DNA of 59,053 bases from Hemiscyllium ocellatum (lineage: Eukaryota), in assembly GCF_020745735.1 (NCBI RefSeq), contig NC_083427.1, positions 1,043,211-1,102,263 on the forward strand, given 5' to 3'. This document shows, one piece after another, positions 1 through 13,217 of the stretch. Position numbers and translations under genes: made by a program. The notes beneath the pieces are model-generated. The model searched no databases. It was given only the letters and a program-made list of their open reading frames with translations, and was not told where the DNA came from. Position 1 is the first letter of the stretch. Each line of letters starts with the position of its first letter.

Positions 1-149
1 CCATCTTGCTCAGCCGATAAAATTCATTTGCATCCAACGATAGAATTCAAGTGCACCTTCACTTTGAACGTGGCTCCTGTTTTATTTTGTAAACAAAATT
101 ATTTGTCGATCAACGCAACGGTGAAATTTGTCAACATAATGTGCTGGAC

Positions 150-646
150 TATAACAAATAAGGCTCAGAAAAGGTTGACAAGGATGTATCCAATTTTGGA
201 GGATTTGACTGAATAGGCTGTGGCTGCTTTCCATGGAGCGTCAGGGGCGAAGCTGCATAAACTCATCATAGAGGTTTATAATATCATGGGAGCATGCATA
301 ATAATAGGACACAAATATTTCCCCTAGCGTGGGGATTCCAGAACTAGAGTGCATACGTTTATGGTGAGATGGGAAATCTTTAATAGGGATCTCAGGGGAA
401 CGTTTTGATGCTTGCTTTGTCAGAGGGTGATCCTTGTATGGAAGAATCTGCTGGAGGAAGTGGTGGAGACTGGTACAATTGGTACCATTTTAAAGGCACC
501 TGGACGGATATTTGAATAGGAAGGGTTTAGAGGGATATGAGCCAAGTGCTGGCAAGTGAGACTAGATTAGTTCAGGATATCTGTTTGGCATGGACAAGTT
601 GAAATGAAGGATTTATTTCCCGTGCTGTACGGCTCCATGACTCCAA
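150..646 (+). mobile_element. CR1-clade LINE (HER1-like) 3' fragment
   Basis: Degenerate ...QKRLTRM.P.LEDL... C-terminus and the 3' UTR shared with the better preserved copy at 36899-38240; ends CTCCATGACTCC. Confidence 0.8.
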
Positions 647-834
647 ATATTATTGAAGTTTTATTCCAGTTTTCTCGGAAGTTCCCGTCGCTTAATCGAA
701 CAAATACTTTCAGAATGTTTTTCCAGCTTTGTGTTTCCTTCAATGACTCAGTTTGTAAAATTCATCCTGAGTTATTGTAACCATTATGCCACAAATGAAT
801 AAATACATTTTGTGGTAAAATTCAGTCAGCCAGT

Positions 835-1127
835 GTGTGGCACGGTGGCACAGTGGTTAGCACTGCTGCCCCACAGCGCTTGAGACCCGGGTTCAATTCC
901 CGACTCAGGCGACAGACTGTGTGGAGTTTGCACAGTTCTCCCCGTGTGTGCGTGGGTTTCCTCCGGGTGCTCCGGTTTCCTCCCACAATCCAAAGGTGGG
1001 CGGGTCAGGTGACTTGGCCATGCTAAATTGCCTGTAGTGTTAGGTAAGGGGTATGGGTAGGTTGCAGGTCGGTGTGGACTTGTTGGGCCGAAGGGCCTGT
1101 TTCCACACTGTAAGTAATCTAATCTAA
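835..1127 (+). mobile_element. HE1-like tRNA-derived SINE
   Basis: tRNA-like head GGCACGGTGGCACAGTGGTTAGCACTGCTGCC...GGTTCAATTCC, a LINE-like tail GGGCCGAAGGGCCTGTTTCCACACTGT and an (AATCT)n end. Three further copies occur in the window. Confidence 0.9.
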
Positions 1128-3659
1128 ATGGAATCTCTTTCAGTTTTATATGTGTGAAGAGCTGCTAATTGATTTTGTTGTTGAATTCGCTCTTGGGGTG
1201 TGCGTGACACTGGTATGGTCAATGGTAATGCACAATTAATTGCCTTTGAGAAATGCTAATGAGCTCAGTATTTGAACTTGTGAAATCTATATCTTGTTGC
1301 CGCACATGCTCGTGCTTCAGAACGGGACTTCAAGTCATTGATTCAGTAAAAAGATGGAATGTGGAAAATAGTATTCCATATCAGTGTGGTCAGAGTCTTG
1401 CATGGGACCATTCGCATTAGTGTCCCTTGTGAGTTCTTCCGTTTCAGTTCCAGACTACACAGCTCATCGGATTGGGATTAAGGAACTTAATGTTTAAATC
1501 ATCGTAAAATGGAGAGCCACAGAAAAGCACTGAGTTAGTGTCGTAGAATGTCATGCACAGCAAATCCACCCTTCAGTTCCAAATAATTAACTACAAACTG
1601 AGTACATAAATCGATTGAATTGAATTGAATTGAATGCTTCATTTCAATGACTCGAGTGAATTCCGCAAAAGAACTGCCAAGTTTCGAAATGAAAACCATT
1701 ATGTATGAATCATTCTCTCAACAATTTGGGATTACGTTTGACCACAGATTTATCGAGCCTCATGATGACAACATAAAGCCAAAAGTTGTGGGTGCTGCAA
1801 GTCTGGAAGTCAGAGAAACTCAGAACACTCTCTGTGGAGAAGAAAGCCGTGTTAATGTTGCAAGTCCAGAGATCCATATTCAGCCATCAGCTTTTGGCTG
1901 AAAGAAGAGGTCAGGGTCGTAAACTTCTATGATTGGTAAGTGAACCCCTTGTTTCCAAAAGGCCAAGTAAAAGGGAGGAACTGATGATTCTACAAGTGAC
2001 GTTATTAACCCAATAATGAATTGAGAAAATAACTGTTGACACAAGTGTCATCGAAAATTATATGAAATCATTCATGCAATAAAGCTTCGAAAATTTCGTG
2101 AGGCACATACTTGAAATGACCAGATGGAGTAACGGTGAAAAGATTATTTGTAATTGTTTATTATTTCACATGTCATATTTTTCCATAATGATTTAAGGTA
2201 CTGCTAATTGTCAGCATGCTACCATTTTAAAATAAATCTTTCACAGATTTATTTTATTCCTCCCGAAGTAATGTACATGCAGCGTATTGTTAAAATAAAA
2301 ACTGACATCAACGAAGAATTTGGAACTTCAGCATGTAGTGTCTGGTAATTTCAATTTAAAATTTAATATGTAAAACTTACCGAAAAGGAAGCTGATTGAT
2401 GCTTCTCTCATGTTACAATACTAACTTCGTTGGGTCCTACTCTGGAAAGCGAAATTTACTTCTTACATGTCTGGAGAATTTCAGAGAAAATGTGCTTCAG
2501 AGCTGTCGTTCAGTGAGCCCTTTCCTGTTAAAAATAAATGTATGCTCACGTTACTAAAGGGGAATCACAAGAACTCTGAGCAGTTTGTCATGCTCAGAGC
2601 CAATTTAGTTACTTAAAACAAACAACAAAATAAAATTATGATGAAGTTTTCTGAAATTAATACAAAGAAGTCAAGAAACAATGAGTCAAATACACTGAAA
2701 GTATTATGGATGCAAGAATCAGAATGCATCACTTTGACACTATTTCAATGGCGTGCTTTTTCTTATTCACATGAACTTGGAAAACTGTCAGAAAATTGCT
2801 AATGCATAATACTTCCGCTAGTTTCGAGGGCTGAATGCATGGTTTCAAATAAAATAAATTCAGGTGTATTGCTTTCACTTTTAGCTGAGCATGATCGGAA
2901 TCTTTCTCTCAGTATTCATTGAAGGAAAATAAGTCGTTATCGAGTGGAGAAAAATGATGTGTTGTGATGTCACCAGAGTTTAGTTGGTGTTCTGTGATTA
3001 ATTGATGCGTTCAGATTTGATCTGTGGAACAGTATCTTGTGTCATCAAGTGACTAACTTATGTACGTTAAGTAATATGAGCGCTTAGGAAATGCTGAAAG
3101 ATATTCAAATGCTTTGGTCTGTTCTGCCATGATTTAAAATCATGTTTAAATTGAGTCTTGAATAAATTCAACAACTTCTACAGTGTATGATGTAAAGCTA
3201 TATCGCAAATATCTAGCGAACTCAGTTGTTAGCAATCCCGTAATCAACTACCTTTTGAGAGACGTAACATCAGAGTTGGAATGGTATACGTCGTGATAAC
3301 ACCTTCGCTACTGAATGCCCTCGATATAATTCGAGAATCACGGCCGCAAGATGAGACAGTTACTGCAAAATCTATTTGTAAGATATAACCGTTTCGATGG
3401 TTGAGGTTAAATAGCTCCTCTTCGTTCTGTACTTTACAGAAGATATGCCTTGTCTCTGGAAACTGTTTGCTGCACTTTAAGTCAAAGCCCAGGGAATTAC
3501 TTTTTCCTTAAACTTTTAGATAGCACCTCCAAAGACAATGGAAGAACATTGACCAGAAATAATGCAACACTAGCGAAGTTGTCTAAAGCAAACAAGTTAC
3601 TTGCTCTGCATATCAGTCCATTTGACTCATTGCTCTCTCCATCTGTCATTTAGCATAGT

Positions 3660-3930
3660 GTTCCTATCATGTGGAAACCGAACACTTGGCCAATAGATTC
3701 CACAGCCTACCGTCTGAAAGTATCCCACCCGACCTACACTCTACTGTATACCTGCAAATCTGCATTTCTCCTGGCTAATCCACATACACTTGCTTTGACA
3801 GTGGAAGTACCATAGCTCCTGCAGAAGACAGAAAAATGCACAAGCTCCATACAAGCAGTCATCCAAGGTATGAATCGAACCTTCGTCTGTTGTGTTGTTT
3901 GGCAGGATTGCCATCCTCTGACTTGCCGAC
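3660..3930 (-). mobile_element. Old, degenerate HE1-related SINE
   Basis: Weak similarity to the reverse complement of the SINE body (ACAAGCTCCATACAAGCAGTCATCCAAGG...GAATCGAACC). Confidence 0.5.
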
Positions 3931-4869
3931 TTACTAATTGAAAAACAAAGTGGCCTTCGTCTCTTTGCATCTTTACTATATCTTCAACGTTTTTACCTAT
4001 TATCTTAATCTTTCTCTGTTCCTTCATGTCGCTCAATGCTGAACAACATGCTGTGCCTTCTAACTGGTTCACACGTTATTTAATTGCTACAACATTGGTA
4101 AAGTGTAACGTTCGTTATTTCAAGACCAGGAATGTGAGATCATCACAATTTTTTTCGGAAGAAAGAAGTCCAGTTTCTGCTTCCAAATCTCACGATTTCC
4201 ATTCTCAAAGTCATCATAGGTATGTGCCTCAGTCAGTATGTTCGCGGTATTCTGCATTTCGTAGCTTCAGACCCTCTCACAAACCATATCCCTCTCTCTC
4301 TCCTCCTGATACTTGTTTCTGTATCTCTTTACAATTTGCCTTCTTCACCATTCTTCAGATTCACAACCGAAGAAAATATCGGATTAAAACGCTTTGAGAA
4401 AAGTGATTTAAATTTCAAAAGAAGATTACACAACCCCTGCCTACTCGCCAACCAAACACAATTTACGAATGTAAATGAATAAAACCATTGTTATATCACA
4501 ACACTACCTCGCTCACATATCCCCAGGAAAGTGACACGGATGGTTTTAGTGATGAAACGCTTAAAAAAAGGAAAGGATTACCAATCTGATATTTTTCTCT
4601 ACCAAAGAAATATTTCCCTCGACTCCATATTGTAAGTTACTCCCTAACAGTCAGTATACCATCGTCATATAATTAATGTCTACAAGTTAACATTTGTTTG
4701 CACTTACATCTCTTTCCTGGCCATATCCCTTTGTTAATCAGCCAGTCGCTAGTCACTCAGCCTTCCCTTGACTGTTTCTGTAACTTTATACAAGAACACA
4801 TAAACCATAACTGATAATGCCGCAAGGCAGCCATCCCAGCTCCTTCTGAATGCATGTAGATTTGTTTGC

Positions 4870-5493
4870 TTTATTAACTTGACGAACAAAGTTAAAAATC
4901 GCTGAACAAAAGGCCATAGTCCAACAGGTTTATTTGGAAGCATTAGCCCTCCAAGCGCTCCTTCTTCTTCAGGTGTTTGCCGAGCATTTCCACAAGACAC
5001 AGAATTTACAGCAAAATATGTCAGTGCATTGCAGTTGAAATATGTTAAACCGACTTAGATTACGTCTTTCATGCTTTAGAATTGCTAGCTTTGTTTCATT
5101 AATATGTAAATCCCAGAACCCCTTTTTAAGCCATATTCTCAAGCTGTTCTGAAAAATATTGTCGCAGCACAGGCAATGAATTAAAGGTGTGAGGCAAAAG
5201 TTTTTCTATGCACTAATCTTGAGTCCGACTGGTTCTAATTCTCAAGTGGGATTTGCAAAGTCTTACCTGGATTGTCTGTTGGTTTTGCATTTCTTGAGCA
5301 AAATAAAATTCAGTTCTGCAAATAAAAATCACCTCATAAACGTACGTGTGCATGCGTGCTGCAGAGCCATTGCGAGTGTGTGCATGTGAGTGTGTACGTG
5401 TGGATGTGAGAACATGTGAGAGAGTGTGTGCTTGCATGCGTAAGCTTGGTGAACTATGTGTTTAACTGTGAAGCGGTATGAGCCTGTGAGACG

Positions 5494-5532
<39 letters not shown>

Positions 5533-6205
5533 GAGTGTGTGTGTGTGTGCATCTGAGAGAGAGCTGGTTGAAGAGAGAGAGTCTATCTTAGAGTGTGTGC
5601 ATGTTTGAGTGTGGTGCGTAGTTTGGTGTGTGAACGTGTGGCCGAGAGAGAGAGTGTATGGTGCAGTGGGGTAACCTGTAGTGTGCCATGAACCCAAGGT
5701 GGCGACAGAGGCCACCCTCATGTGTTTCGGAATTGGCTATGTGTCTCTGCTCTGCTACTTTGCATTGTTGCATTTCCTGAATCCGACATGGAGAATGGTC
5801 ACCCTCAGGTCCGCGGCCGAATATCTTGGATCACTGAACTTGTCCCCCACTGAGGGAACACCTTTGCTTGGTGATTGTTGTGGGTGTCCATTCACCCGTT
5901 GCTGTGGTGTCTGCTCTACCTCGCTAATGTACCATGTCTGAGGATATCTTTGCCTGCAGTATATGAGGTAGGCAACATTGGCCGAGTAATATAAATACTG
6001 CCACATACATATTGCCTTGTGTATGTCACCTTGTGTGTTTGTAGTATGCTTGTTGATACTCTGACACGTCTTGCAGCAGTTGCCGTCAGAGGGTTTTACA
6101 GTGATGTGGTCCATGATGCCCTGAAGGCTGGGCAGCTCGCTGTGAACTGTTTAGGGTTTGGAATTTGCTTAAAGCCAAGAAGTGAAGGTGGGGGCAAGTT
6201 CCTGG
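4870..6205 (-). mobile_element. Penelope-like element (PLE) 3' part with GIY-YIG endonuclease remnant
   Basis: ORF 5755..6114 (-) contains CKTCQ...SANVAYLIYCRQ...WYISE.EQT.QQRVNGH...VGDKFS...DLRVTIL, typical of PLE GIY-YIG domains. It is followed by a (CA)n-rich UTR and a terminal repeat with a degenerate hammerhead core. Confidence 0.85.
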
Positions 6206-6519
6206 CTCGTTCCTTAACTTCACGCCTTTAAACAACCATCAAACCTTGAACAGATCATTATTCGCAGCAAACTGCGCCACCTTCAGGCCAAGGTTGGCCA
6301 CAACACCATACAACCGTGTCACAGCAGCCGTCCGAGACGTTTGGCCTCGGACGTTCGGGTAACCCTCCGCCAATCTGGACTTCTGAACAAGCAATAATTG
6401 ACAATGACTGAGCAGAGGATGATGGCCAAGTTTGTTACGCAGAAGGATGGCCACAACCAGGATCTTGTGTTCATGTGACACAACAGATGACCTCACTGCA
6501 CTACAATCTCTCCCTTTCA

Positions 6520-6556
<37 letters not shown>

Positions 6557-7025
6557 ACGCACGCACGAAGACACACACACAGTCCTGCATACTCACACAC
6601 TAACACAGACCCGCCATCATTCACAAGTTCTCTCTAATTTGCACACACAGCCACATACCACACTGACAACCATGCATGCTGCACGCTCTCACAGGCTTAC
6701 ACCCCATCACACTCACCCACATATTTAACCAAGCTTACACACAAGTACACATTGTCTCACATGCATTCACACCCATACACTTACTTTGTCCCTCCTGCAT
6801 GCACACACATGCAATTTTATGAGGTGAAAGTGCTTTAGCAAAATTGTACGTTATTTCACTCAAAAATGTATAACCTACAGTCAATCAATGTAAGATCCTG
6901 TTAATTCCACTTCAGGAATATGACCAGTCTGACCCAACATGAGGACACAACCAGACTCTAACCTTACACCTTTAATGCATTATCTGAGCTGAGATGACAG
7001 CTTTTGTTCGAAAGCCCGAAGTTAT

Positions 7026-7334
7026 TAGATTAGATTACTTACAGTGTGGAAACAGGCCCTTGGGCCCAACAAGTCCACACCGACCCGCCGAAGCGCAACC
7101 CACCCATACCCCTACATTTACCCCTTACCTAACACTACGGGCAATTTATCCTGGCCAACTCACCTAACCTGCACATCTTTGGACTATGGGAGGAAACCGG
7201 AGCACTCGGAGGAAATCCACGCAGACAGGGAGAGAACCTGCAAACTCCACAGTCAGTCGCCTGAGTCGGGAATTGAACCCGGGTCTCTGGCGCTGTGAAG
7301 CAGCAGTGCTAACCACTGTGCCACCGTGCCGCCC
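7026..7334 (-). mobile_element. HE1-like SINE inserted into the PLE
   Basis: Near full-length reverse-complement copy of the 835-1127 SINE; PLE homology resumes on both sides. Confidence 0.92.
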
Positions 7335-7515
7335 AATAATGTTGAGAATGAGTCTTAAGAGGATTTCTGGGAGTTATATATTAACGGACAGGAGCTCGCA
7401 AAAGAATTCTGAAAGATGAAAGACTTAATCTAAGTATGTTTAATATATTTCAGTCGCATGACACTGTAACGTTTTGCTATAAATGCTGTGTCTTATGGTC
7501 CTGCTCCACATCTAC

Positions 7516-7547
7516 CTGATGAAGAAGCAGCGCTTCGAAAGCTAATG
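7516..7547 (+). ncRNA. Minimal hammerhead ribozyme core in a PLE terminal repeat (stem I degenerate)
   Basis: CTGATGA-A-GAAGC-AGC-GCTTC-GAAA-GCTA: conserved core, 5-bp stem II, palindromic AGCT stem III. Confidence 0.6.
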
Positions 7548-7829
7548 CTTCCAAATGGACCTGTTATTCTATAATCTGGTGTTGTGTCATTTCTAACTTT
7601 TTTCACTCCAGTACATTATTGGATCCTCCAAATCTTGAGAAATAATAATAACATCTCAACTCAAATAATAAAAAAAGAAACATTTGATTTGTCTCTTAAC
7701 TCTGGCCCTTCTCAGAAAAACCGTGCTATGCACAGAATATAAATTAACATAAAATAGACTCCTCAAGTTCATGAAATTGTGGATGTAGATTTTGAACATG
7801 TGTGCGTATTAATTGAACGTGCGGTATAT

Positions 7830-10480
7830 TAACTAATACAGAAACGAATTGAATTCAGAAGGACATTCGGGAGAAAATTGAAAATATTGAATGCATGATC
7901 TGGCAATATAAACGTTTGACAAGCAATTGGATTTTCCTTTGGAATAGTTGCATATTGGCGTTTTGCTCTGCTGGTACTGAGTGTTGGTAGTGAAGCGAGT
8001 GGATGCTTCAGGTTTTGGCGCCAATCAAGCAGGTTGCTTTTTTCTGGATGAAACCAGCTTCTTGAGTGTCGTCGGGGCTGTACCTTGTCTGGCAAGTGTA
8101 GAGTATTCCATCACACTGCTGACTTGCGAGTTGTAGATTCTGAATAGGCTTTGAGGAGCCAGAGGTGAGCGACTTTCCGCAATATTCTTAGTCTTTGACC
8201 TGCTATTGTATCAACTATGCTCATGGGGTGAATCCAGTTGAGTGTATGGTCAATGATAACCCCAACAACATTAATGACGGGAGATATATTGATGGCAACA
8301 GCATTTAATGTCAGAAGGAAGTGATTATGTTGTTTTTTACTGGTGATGGTCATTGTCTTGCATTTGTGCGATGCAAATGTTTCTTCACAACTGTCAGCTC
8401 AGACTGTAATTATTTTCAGATTTTATTGTATTTGCAAATGGAATGCTTTCGTATTTGAAGAGTCATGAATAGTTCGAAAGATGTTGCAATCATCACGAAC
8501 ATCCCACTTCTGACCTAGTGATGGAGAGAAGGTCATTGACGGAGCAGCTGAAGATGTTTGGACCAAAGTACAGTACCCTGAGGAACCTTGCAGAATTGTC
8601 TTCAACTTGAGATGACTCATATTTCACAGCCACAAGCATTTTCCTGTGTGTTCTGTGTGACTTTATCCAGTGGCGAGTTTTGCCCTTATTTATTGAAAGT
8701 TTACAAAGTCTCACTGATGACAAACCCGATGGAATGCTGCATTTAGTCATCGGCTGTCACTTTCACCTTAACTCTGGAATTCAGCTGTTTTGCCCATTAT
8801 TGAATCAAAGCCGGCATGAGATCCGGAGCTGTATGGCACTGGCTGATCCCAAACTGGGCATGATTGAACAGGTTTTTGTTGATCAGCTGCTACTTGATTG
8901 CACGGTTGGTGGCACATTTCATCACTTTACTAATGATTAAGAGATCACTGATGGGAGGATGATTGGCTGCATTGAATTTTTCTAACTTATTGTGTACAAG
9001 ACATAGATAGGCAATGTCTGCCAATGTCGAGTAGACGCCAGGGTTGTCACTGTACTGTGGCGGCGAGGCAACGTGAGTGGCAAGTTGTGGAGGAGATTTC
9101 TTCAATACTATTACCAGAATGTTTTTAGGACACGTAGTCTTTGCAGTATCCAGTGTCTACAACCGTTTCTAACTATGACGTGGAGTGAATCAAATTGGCT
9201 GGGGAACACTGGAACAGGCCAAGATGTATCATCCACAAAACGCTCCTATCTGAAGGCTTTGCGAAAACTTTAGCCTTACCTTTTGCTCTGATGTGCGAAA
9301 TATTAATATCAAAATAGGTAGTGGCTAATAAATGGGAATGAGCACTGACATTTTGTTTGAATGTGGGCACAGAGATCTCAAAAGGAATTACATTGAAAGC
9401 CCACGATCATTACCGCGAAAATAGTTCTCATCACTTTGCGGCTCAATGAAACATCCCTGATCATTTCAATGAAGGAAGTGAAAAGTGGGCTGACTTTGTG
9501 GACGTTTAAATCACTTTGATATGTATTCTGCCCTGGAGAAATTTCCTCCAATGCATACAAATGGAATTCTCATCAACTATTGCGCAGAGTCTTGCAGTTT
9601 AACAGCGGCAACTCAAAGGTTATAAAGATGCTGCATGAAATTTATCTATTCATTAATGCAAGAAATTATGTCTCTATTAGCTATGCGATTGACACTGGAA
9701 TCAATTTTATACCGCGAGAATACCACAAGCAAATGAGAGGCAATCTTCCGTCTATTTGATACAGAATTGTGCACGCAGGATGAGATAATAACATGAGCTA
9801 TGAATTTATTTGCCTCCCAAGATTACTTGATTCTGTTGGGGTCCGGCTATATCTATATGTGGCAATGATAAGCGAGGTGAATTAGATTTTCGTTGTGAAA
9901 TGGAGACTGAATAAAAAACGGCATTGGGCTCACATTTCTACTGGGTATTACAAGGAGAGATGGGCATTAAGTTTAGTTTAGTTTTGATCGGGGGTTTTCA
10001 GAGAAGGCAGACCATTGGAGGTAATTTTTCCAGCATGCCAGACTGTGGGCTGGCGACTGAGCAATGTAGTCGTTCCCAGATATTTTTCTAGCCAATGAAG
10101 AGTGAGGGAATTGGAATCCTACTTTGTGATTGTTACAACGCCTGATGATGTATTAGGCAGTGCGGTTAGTTTCAGAGTGATATTGGGTATAGGAGAGTGA
10201 GTTGAGCTCTGGAATTATTGTTCATGACTGCAGAAGAGCCGGATGTGACACAGGCTTAGTTATCATAATCTGCTTCATTAAGAAGAATCTTTCCGTCAGA
10301 AGGTCAGAACTAGCAATGCCTACTTACTATTGCATAAAATTCAGCACGATCTGCGACTCCTCAGATTGTGAAGACACACGTTTGGGGCAGGTGATCCTTG
10401 ACCCAGTCAGGACCATGCTTCTTACGATTTTACAGCGACGACACAAAGACTGAGCGGTTTGTCATTGAATTCTCCTCATA
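7830..10480 (-). mobile_element. Fragmented CR1-clade LINE of a second family (RT and upstream ORF2)
   Basis: Minus-strand peptides GPNIFSCSVNDLLSITRSEVG and DDCNIFRTIHDSSNTKA correspond to RT motifs around the (F)ADD box. Heavily decayed, with unrelated DNA at about 9220-9990. Confidence 0.65.
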
Positions 10481-11799
10481 ACATTCGAATCATTTTCCAG
10501 GCAGTGCCATGAAATGATTTTGTTCTATTCTTTCTTATAAATAATAATGACCATTTGTCATTAAACTGTGATTATTTACACTACAATCTTCGAATTAGTC
10601 AAACATTAGCAACAATGAGAACGTTTTTGGTATCCATCTTTCTAGAAAAAGAGATAGAACAGCACAGATCACATGGAGACACCGACCTGGAGCTTGAACT
10701 CCAAAGCAACATATGCAATTATGCAAAATAAGACTCTGTTTCATTGACTACCCTATATCCCAGAGGAAGATCATTCAATGTTTAAATTTTATTTAGTTCA
10801 ATTCCAAATTCAGTTTTAAATGAATTTAAGCATTGCACATGACCAAATGGAAGGATTTAGATGAACGTAACGTGGAATGGAACAAAACGTTAGAAAGGGA
10901 GGTTGATTTACATCTGAAGCCTGCACTGCCATTGAAATTAATTCTTGTCTTTTACACACTATTCTATGTAACTCCCGGAACAGAACAGGTTTTCACTTGA
11001 TCTCACTGAAATCGACAGAATATCTCTTGAAGTCTGTTATGACCAGTGTCCAGATGAGACACAATTGAAAATGGATAACCCTCGCATACCTCAACATGTT
11101 TACTGATTTCATTGCTCTGTTTGTTAGCTATAATGATACACAAATGTTTGCTTGTGAAATGCAAAGAACTACAAAAATATGCTCAAAACGTTCACTTGTG
11201 GCATTTTCAGCTCTCCAGTATACCACTTCGTACGGGTTTATAATCATTGAAATATAAAACAAACTTGTGCAAGTTTTGATCAATCAATATTTAACTGTAA
11301 ACATCTACCACCATCTGATGATCTTCATATCACAATCTCCTGTACTACGCCAAATATGATTTGAACAAGACACCCGATATTTGAAAGATAGCTGTGTCTG
11401 AATATCCAAAACGAACAGCAAAAATCATGAGCAGTCTGATTCCATTTTGTATCTACTTTTACAGTCTTCTTTACTAAAACTTCAGCTTCACAACTGCAGA
11501 TGATGAACAATGTCATTTATTTAGAAGTTTATCTTTCCTTGGAATCTTTGTTTTATATTCTTCAGAGTTATTTACGCCATTTGGAACTGAACCTTATACT
11601 GCCATTTTCATTTCCGGTCGGCCAATGTCATGCCTCACTTGTAGAAAAATCCGCACGCATTTAATTTTTGTCTCATAGCACATTATGATCTTCAAACACA
11701 CTGGCCTTGAAAAGTTTGCCTAACCTTCCATTTTGTTCATCTCCTTTTCCCGTTAGGCACTTTGCAGACTCCAAGAATCAATACTGATTCCATAGCCTC

Positions 11800-12170
11800 A
11801 GAGCCGACCGCATGATACCCGTAATCCATTTTCCTCATGTTATTTCCCTGCCCTCCCACCCAGACGTTGACTTATTTGTCTTTTGTTTACTTTTCTCTCA
11901 GCAGAGAGGACCCGTCTTTGTCCCTTCACACATCGAAGAACGCCTGTTATACATCTTTATTTCTCTTTCACCACAATAAACATCGCTTATTTTTATACCA
12001 CGCCTCCACATTACGGGTTCTCTTCGCACCTTCTCCACCTCTGTCAGAAGGATAAAATAAAAACACCTTTCAGCACTGTTTCGTTCTGAAAAACAGTCAG
12101 ACTGGACTTGAAACATTAACTTTGTTTCTTTCTCCACAGCTGTTGCCAGAAATGCTGAGTTTAATCCAAC
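11800..12170 (+). mobile_element. PLE-type 3' end/terminal repeat fragment
   Basis: Pyrimidine-rich tract ending in TTCTGAAAAACAGTCAGACTGGACTTGAAACATTAAC..., a degenerate hammerhead-type end. Confidence 0.5.
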
Positions 12171-12819
12171 AAGTGCCTCAGTTATTTCGTATCACTTCTT
12201 AGTCAGTCAGTTCATTCTTCCAATATACTTCATGACCAATGGTAAGTGTGGCCGAATTTCCTCATCAGGCACCTTGAAATACACAATTACAAACGCACAC
12301 AGCACCCTATGGAGCAGCCTGGATCAATCCATGCAAGGATTCACAAAGCTGATGGAGAATGGTGAATCCTCTTTGCGATTCCATTGCAGTTACACATATT
12401 GACAGTGTCAGGAAGCATCCCAGTGTACATTGAGGTATGGTAGCATTGAATCTTCTTGCACAGAGAGCATTCAAATGTTCAACGACAGTCAGTTGAAAAA
12501 AAGGTTTTCTTTTATTTCAGTTTGCTTTTTCTAAATAGGATGAACGACAAATCTTTATTTTGATTCTTTCCCAACAAATGCCTGAGATAATATGACACTA
12601 GAAAGCGAGAAAAAAAACTGACTTTGTGTAGAAATTTGTATCTGTTTGCAGATTATTCTTTGGACATGGCGAATAAAACAAATCCTCAGCAGAGTATAAA
12701 AATCTCGGTGTGATTGTCTGCATGAACATAACTGCACATATTATGTGAAGCCGCAAACATTCATGGGTGCGTTGAGCACAAGATTCCTGAGCAAAAATTG
12801 CTAAACAAACTGTTAATTT

Positions 12820-13130
12820 GAGATTTTCGACAAGATCTGCTGCTCAGGTTGTGGGACAGTTTGCTGGTTTGCTCGCTGACGTGGGAGTTTTCCTTTCAGA
12901 CGTTTTACTGCCATGCTAGGCAACATAATTAGAGAACATCCATCGAAGCGTTGTTATTCTGTGCCACTTGGTACTGATGTGTCTTGGTATGTTTCGGTGT
13001 ATGTTATCATTTGCAGTTCAACGTCTGAGAGGTTGGTAACTGGAGTCCAAATCGATAAGTTTTTTTTTATTGAAGTTCTGTTTTGAATGCTAGCTCTCTC
13101 GGAATTCCCACAAGTAAGTTTTGTTCAGAC
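12820..13130 (-). mobile_element. PLE-type terminal repeat fragment (same family as 50924-51071)
   Basis: GGTTTGCTCGCTGA...CAGACGTTTTACTGCCATGCTAGGCAACAT is homologous to the hairpin element at 50.9 kb. Confidence 0.6.
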
Positions 13131-13170
13131 TGACATAGGATGCATGCATTTCCCCAGTCAACATAGTTAT

Positions 13171-13217
13171 ATCGACAGACAGACAGATTGACAGATGGAC
13201 AGATCGACAGACAGAAG
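13171..13217. repeat. Imperfect (GACA)n microsatellite
   Basis: GACAGACAGACAGATTGACAGATGGACAGATCGACAGACAG. Confidence 0.8.

Larger units (their letters stand above)
6206..7600 (+). mobile_element. Second PLE arm in opposite orientation (internally deleted, interrupted by a SINE)
   Basis: + strand encodes LHAFKQPSNLEQIIIRSKL, homologous to LLGFKQIPNPKQ on the left arm. Then a (CA)n tract (~6520-6810) and an end mirroring 4870-5330. Confidence 0.8.
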
